64,000 nt of DNA from NCBI GenBank assembly GCA_963663865.1, contig OY760686.1, positions 1,536,001 through 1,600,000 on the forward strand, written 5' to 3'. Source of the stretch: Spirochaetota bacterium. Lineage in GTDB: Bacteria > Spirochaetota > UBA4802 > UBA5550. Shown here in pieces: positions 60,971 through 64,000 of this stretch (within the stretch, counting starts at the first letter, position 1; every line of letters starts with the position of its first letter). The notes under the pieces are model-generated. The model was not told the DNA's origin and did no database searches. It saw only the letters and a list, made by a program, of their open reading frames with translations. The translations under genes and the position numbers were made by a program.

Positions 60971-61906
60971 CTATTTCATAAGCGCGCAAAGCAGAGCTTT
61001 TTGCAGGTGAAGGCGGTTTTCAGCCTGGTCAAATACAATCGACTGCGGTGAATCTATGACCTCCGCGTCAATCTCCTCGCCTCTGTGTGCGGGAAGACAG
61101 TGCATTACCTTGCAGTGGGCGGGGCACTTCCTCATTAGTTCAGCGGTTATGCGGTATTTGGAAAATGCCTTTTTTCGCTTGGCTGCTTCTTTCTCCTGCC
61201 CCATGCTTGTCCAGACATCTGTATAGAGGTAATCGCAGTTTACTACAGCGTCGTTGATTGATGTCGTTACAGCAATGGACGAACCGGTCTTTCGTGAAAT
61301 TTCTATAGCTGTTTCAACGACATGAAGGTCAGGCTGGTAACCTCTCGGACATACCGCAGTGATGTTAACTCCCAGGATAGCAGCGCCAAGCAGGAGCGAG
61401 TGGGCCATATTGTTTCCATCTCCGATGTAGACCAGGTTTGTGCCTTCGAGATTTCCTCTTTCATAAATTGTGAAGTAGTCCGTAAGGGCCTGACAAGGAT
61501 GAGCGTCATCAGTCAGTCCGTTGATTACAGGGATACTTGACTCCTTTGCAATCTCCACAACTTTAGAGTGCTGGTCAGTCCTGATCATAATTCCATCAAC
61601 GTAACGTGACAGGACCTTTGCGGTATCAGCAAAGGTTTCACCCCGTCCCAGCTGAATATCGTTCGAACTCAGGAACATCGCAAGACCTCCAAGTTCATAC
61701 ATGCCGGCCTCAAATGATACACGTGTTCGTGTCGAATTCTTTTCAAATATCATTGCCAGAGTTTTGTTTTTCAGCGGTTTTAACAGCTTCCCGGAGTTGC
61801 GTGTTTTTTTTAACTTTGAAGCAAGCTGAAAAATGGACAGAATCTCTTCTTTCGTCAGGTCATTGACTTCTAAAATATCTTTTGTATTTAGATGTGGAAT
61901 TTTCAC
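60971..61906 (-). CDS. argF: Ornithine carbamoyltransferase
   Basis: FEKNSTRTR.SF, HPCQ, GDGNN, TDVW.SMG, HCLP and QAENR motifs. Confidence 0.98.
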   Translation of the reverse strand: MKIPHLNTKDILEVNDLTKEEILSIFQLASKLKKTRNSGKLLKPLKNKTLAMIFEKNSTRTRVSFEAGMYELGGLAMFLSSNDIQLGRGETFADTAKVLSRYVDGIMIRTDQHSKVVEIAKESSIPVINGLTDDAHPCQALTDYFTIYERGNLEGTNLVYIGDGNNMAHSLLLGAAILGVNITAVCPRGYQPDLHVVETAIEISRKTGSSIAVTTSINDAVVNCDYLYTDVWTSMGQEKEAAKRKKAFSKYRITAELMRKCPAHCKVMHCLPAHRGEEIDAEVIDSPQSIVFDQAENRLHLQKALLCALMK

Positions 61907-61907
61907 T

Positions 61908-63119
61908 TTATTGTTCCTCTTGTGTGAGTATTTTTTCGAATATTGTTAATCCTTTTTTTACGAGAGAAGGCGCAATATTCAGGGCCGGAGCAAATCTTAT
62001 CACGTCGCCTGCTGTACAATTAATTACCAGTCCGGATTCAAGTGCTTTTTTTACAATATTTGCACCATCGGTTTTCACGGAGGCGCCTATTAAAAGCCCC
62101 ATTCCCCTGATCTCTTTGATGAGTCCGGTTCTATCCTTGATACGTGTCAGTTCATCAAAAATAAGAGAAGAAATCTTCTGAGCATTGTTCAATAGAGCGG
62201 GTCTGGAAATCTCTTTCAGGACCGCATGAGCGGATGCAGCTGCGAGGTGATTTCCGCCAAATGTTGAACCATGGACACCCTTTCCGAAATAGTCTGTAAG
62301 GAAACTCTTGGTATGTATGGCACCCACTGGAATACCGCCGCCAAGACCTTTCGCAAGTGTGATTACGTCCGGTAGGATGCCGTAGTTTTGATACGCGAAC
62401 GGTTTGCCGGTTCTTCCAATACCTGTCTGTACCTCGTCAACGATAGTCAGAATTCCGTTTCTCGTACAAATGTCGAAGATTTCAGCCACGAATCCATGTT
62501 CAGCGGGTATTATTCCGCCTTCGCCCTGTACGAGTTCAAGCATAACTGCGGCGGTTTTTTTGCTTTTATCCACAGCCTTTTTAAATGCCTTTATGTCGTT
62601 ATATGGCAGATACCTGAAGCCTCCTGGAAGGGGGCCGAAGCCGCTGTGAATTTTTGACTGTCCGGTTGCTGTCATGCTTCCCAGTGTTCGGCCGTGGAAT
62701 GAGCTCTGAAAGGTCACGATTTCGTAACGTTTATCGGAGGTAGATAAACCGTATCTTCTTGCAAGCTTGATTGCTGCTTCATTGGCTTCAGTCCCGCTGT
62801 TTACAAAGAGCGTCTTGCCGGGAAATGAAAGCTGTGACAGCAGCCTTGCGGCCTCAATCTGTTCAATATTGTAATAATGGTTGGACGTGTGAACGATCTT
62901 GTCCAGCTGTGAATGCAGTGCTTTCAGAACAGCCTTATTGCCGTGTCCAAGATTCTGTACGGCTATCCCAGCGAACAGGTCAATGTACTGCCTGCCGTCC
63001 TGGTCATAGAGTAGTGATCCTTCGCCTTTAACGAAACAGACTTCCTGCCTGTCGCCGTAATTCTGATAAAGGTGATGTTTGTCCAGATCGATGATTTTTT
63101 TCAGTTTTTTCGATATCAA
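61908..63119 (-). CDS. argD: Acetylornithine aminotransferase
   Basis: NSG.EANE.A.K, FHGRT, E.VQGEGG, DEVQTG.GRTG, AKGLGGG and HGSTFGGN motifs; arg operon context. Confidence 0.94.
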   Translation of the reverse strand: MISKKLKKIIDLDKHHLYQNYGDRQEVCFVKGEGSLLYDQDGRQYIDLFAGIAVQNLGHGNKAVLKALHSQLDKIVHTSNHYYNIEQIEAARLLSQLSFPGKTLFVNSGTEANEAAIKLARRYGLSTSDKRYEIVTFQSSFHGRTLGSMTATGQSKIHSGFGPLPGGFRYLPYNDIKAFKKAVDKSKKTAAVMLELVQGEGGIIPAEHGFVAEIFDICTRNGILTIVDEVQTGIGRTGKPFAYQNYGILPDVITLAKGLGGGIPVGAIHTKSFLTDYFGKGVHGSTFGGNHLAAASAHAVLKEISRPALLNNAQKISSLIFDELTRIKDRTGLIKEIRGMGLLIGASVKTDGANIVKKALESGLVINCTAGDVIRFAPALNIAPSLVKKGLTIFEKILTQEEQ

Positions 63120-63216
63120 TTCCGGAACCCCGTAAAAAAAATAAAAATCGGACTGATCCGATTTATTCTAATACGTCCCGGCTTGACTTATTGTCAAGTA
63201 TTTATTCCGGCTGTAA

Positions 63217-64000
63217 TCAGGGAGAAAGGCAGTTTGTTGAGACTCCTCCAAAAAAAGTCAGGGCATCCATGTTTGATTTTTGCGCGAATATTATTGAATA
63301 TCCCGCTCCTGCCTTTAAAGTCACAGGACCCATTGACAGTCCAATACTGAAGGAAGTCTTTACGTAGAGGTTGTTTGAAATCTCCTCTCCGCTGACAACC
63401 CTGACAGGGCCGTCTTCCGCCGTGTCGTCATAATATCTGAATGTTGTCATGGAAACACCTGCTCCTGCAGTAAGCGAGAATCTGAAAGGTCCTGCAGGCA
63501 GGGTGAAGGCGACTCCGCCCCACGGTGAATATGAGTGCATCTGATTAAGATATGAGTACTCCGCGCCGTCTTTGTCCTCGGAATCGGTTGAGAAGTAGTC
63601 CATACCCGCAATAAATGAGGTATAAGGGATGAGACCAGATGAGTTAATTGAGATGTAAGGCGATACAATCCATGAATTATTATAGATATTGCTCCAGTCA
63701 CCCCGCGGGATTATACGACCGGCATCTATACCTGCAGAAAAGTACGAAAGAAATGAAGCGAAACCTCTGTAAGGGGACGGCTGTAACTCAACAAGGTTTT
63801 CTTTGATGAAAACATCAAGAACGCTGTTGATTGAACTCGACATGCTGCTCATCGGTGCGTCAATTACCGCTGAGAGTTTTAGAGGTTCTGTATCAAGCTG
63901 TTGTTTTCTGTTGAGAAGCGTGTTTATTATGTTCAGCCTTACGGACGTAGTGTCCTGCCCGAAGAGCACTGTGCCTGTGATAATGAAGTCGGCCTTTATT
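63217..64000 (-). CDS. Hypothetical protein, probably with a small OM beta-barrel C-terminus; 5' end outside the window
   Basis: Alternating beta-strand pattern (FRFSLTAGAGVS, VTLKAGAGYS); ORF 63217-63969 probably extends past the edge. Confidence 0.55.
   Translation of the reverse strand, partial: IKADFIITGTVLFGQDTTSVRLNIINTLLNRKQQLDTEPLKLSAVIDAPMSSMSSSINSVLDVFIKENLVELQPSPYRGFASFLSYFSAGIDAGRIIPRGDWSNIYNNSWIVSPYISINSSGLIPYTSFIAGMDYFSTDSEDKDGAEYSYLNQMHSYSPWGGVAFTLPAGPFRFSLTAGAGVSMTTFRYYDDTAEDGPVRVVSGEEISNNLYVKTSFSIGLSMGPVTLKAGAGYSIIFAQKSNMDALTFFGGVSTNCLSP

Overview
A gene-dense, housekeeping-dominated bacterial chromosome segment, most consistent with a free-living spirochaete related to the Leptospira side of the phylum. 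The placement is an inference from an OmpL37-like protein, a BamA ending ...IGDIRY, a yajC-X-secD-secF arrangement and a Treponema/euglenozoan-type GAPDH. Contents: trpC-trpF-glmS; a long mreBCD-pbp2-rodA operon extended by queC, comF, a STAS protein, a long-chain prenyl synthase, a stand-alone TPR, a bactofilin and amrS; glutamine synthetase III; rsmA-rimI-M15 peptidase-B12 radical SAM; tpiA-secG-metK; an envelope/secretion cluster (plug-less barrel, bamA, skp-like, YafK/DpaA-like L,D-transpeptidase, yajC, unknown, secD, secF, unknown, ribD, ribE); a four-gene minus-strand operon around a GSI-like protein missing the conserved NRS arginine; gap; a LysM protein; an Asp-box/FN3 + TPR + HAMP-PP2C + STAS candidate signalling module; and argD-argF-argG. 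I saw no tRNA, rRNA, CRISPR array, IS element, phage or defence island. The best candidates for undescribed biology are the degenerate-GS operon, the Asp-box/TPR/PP2C/STAS module, the accessory genes of the BAM/Sec cluster, an unannotated 40-aa membrane protein coupled to the OmpL37-like gene, and several long leader hairpins. All family calls come from motifs recognised by eye; no database search was run.
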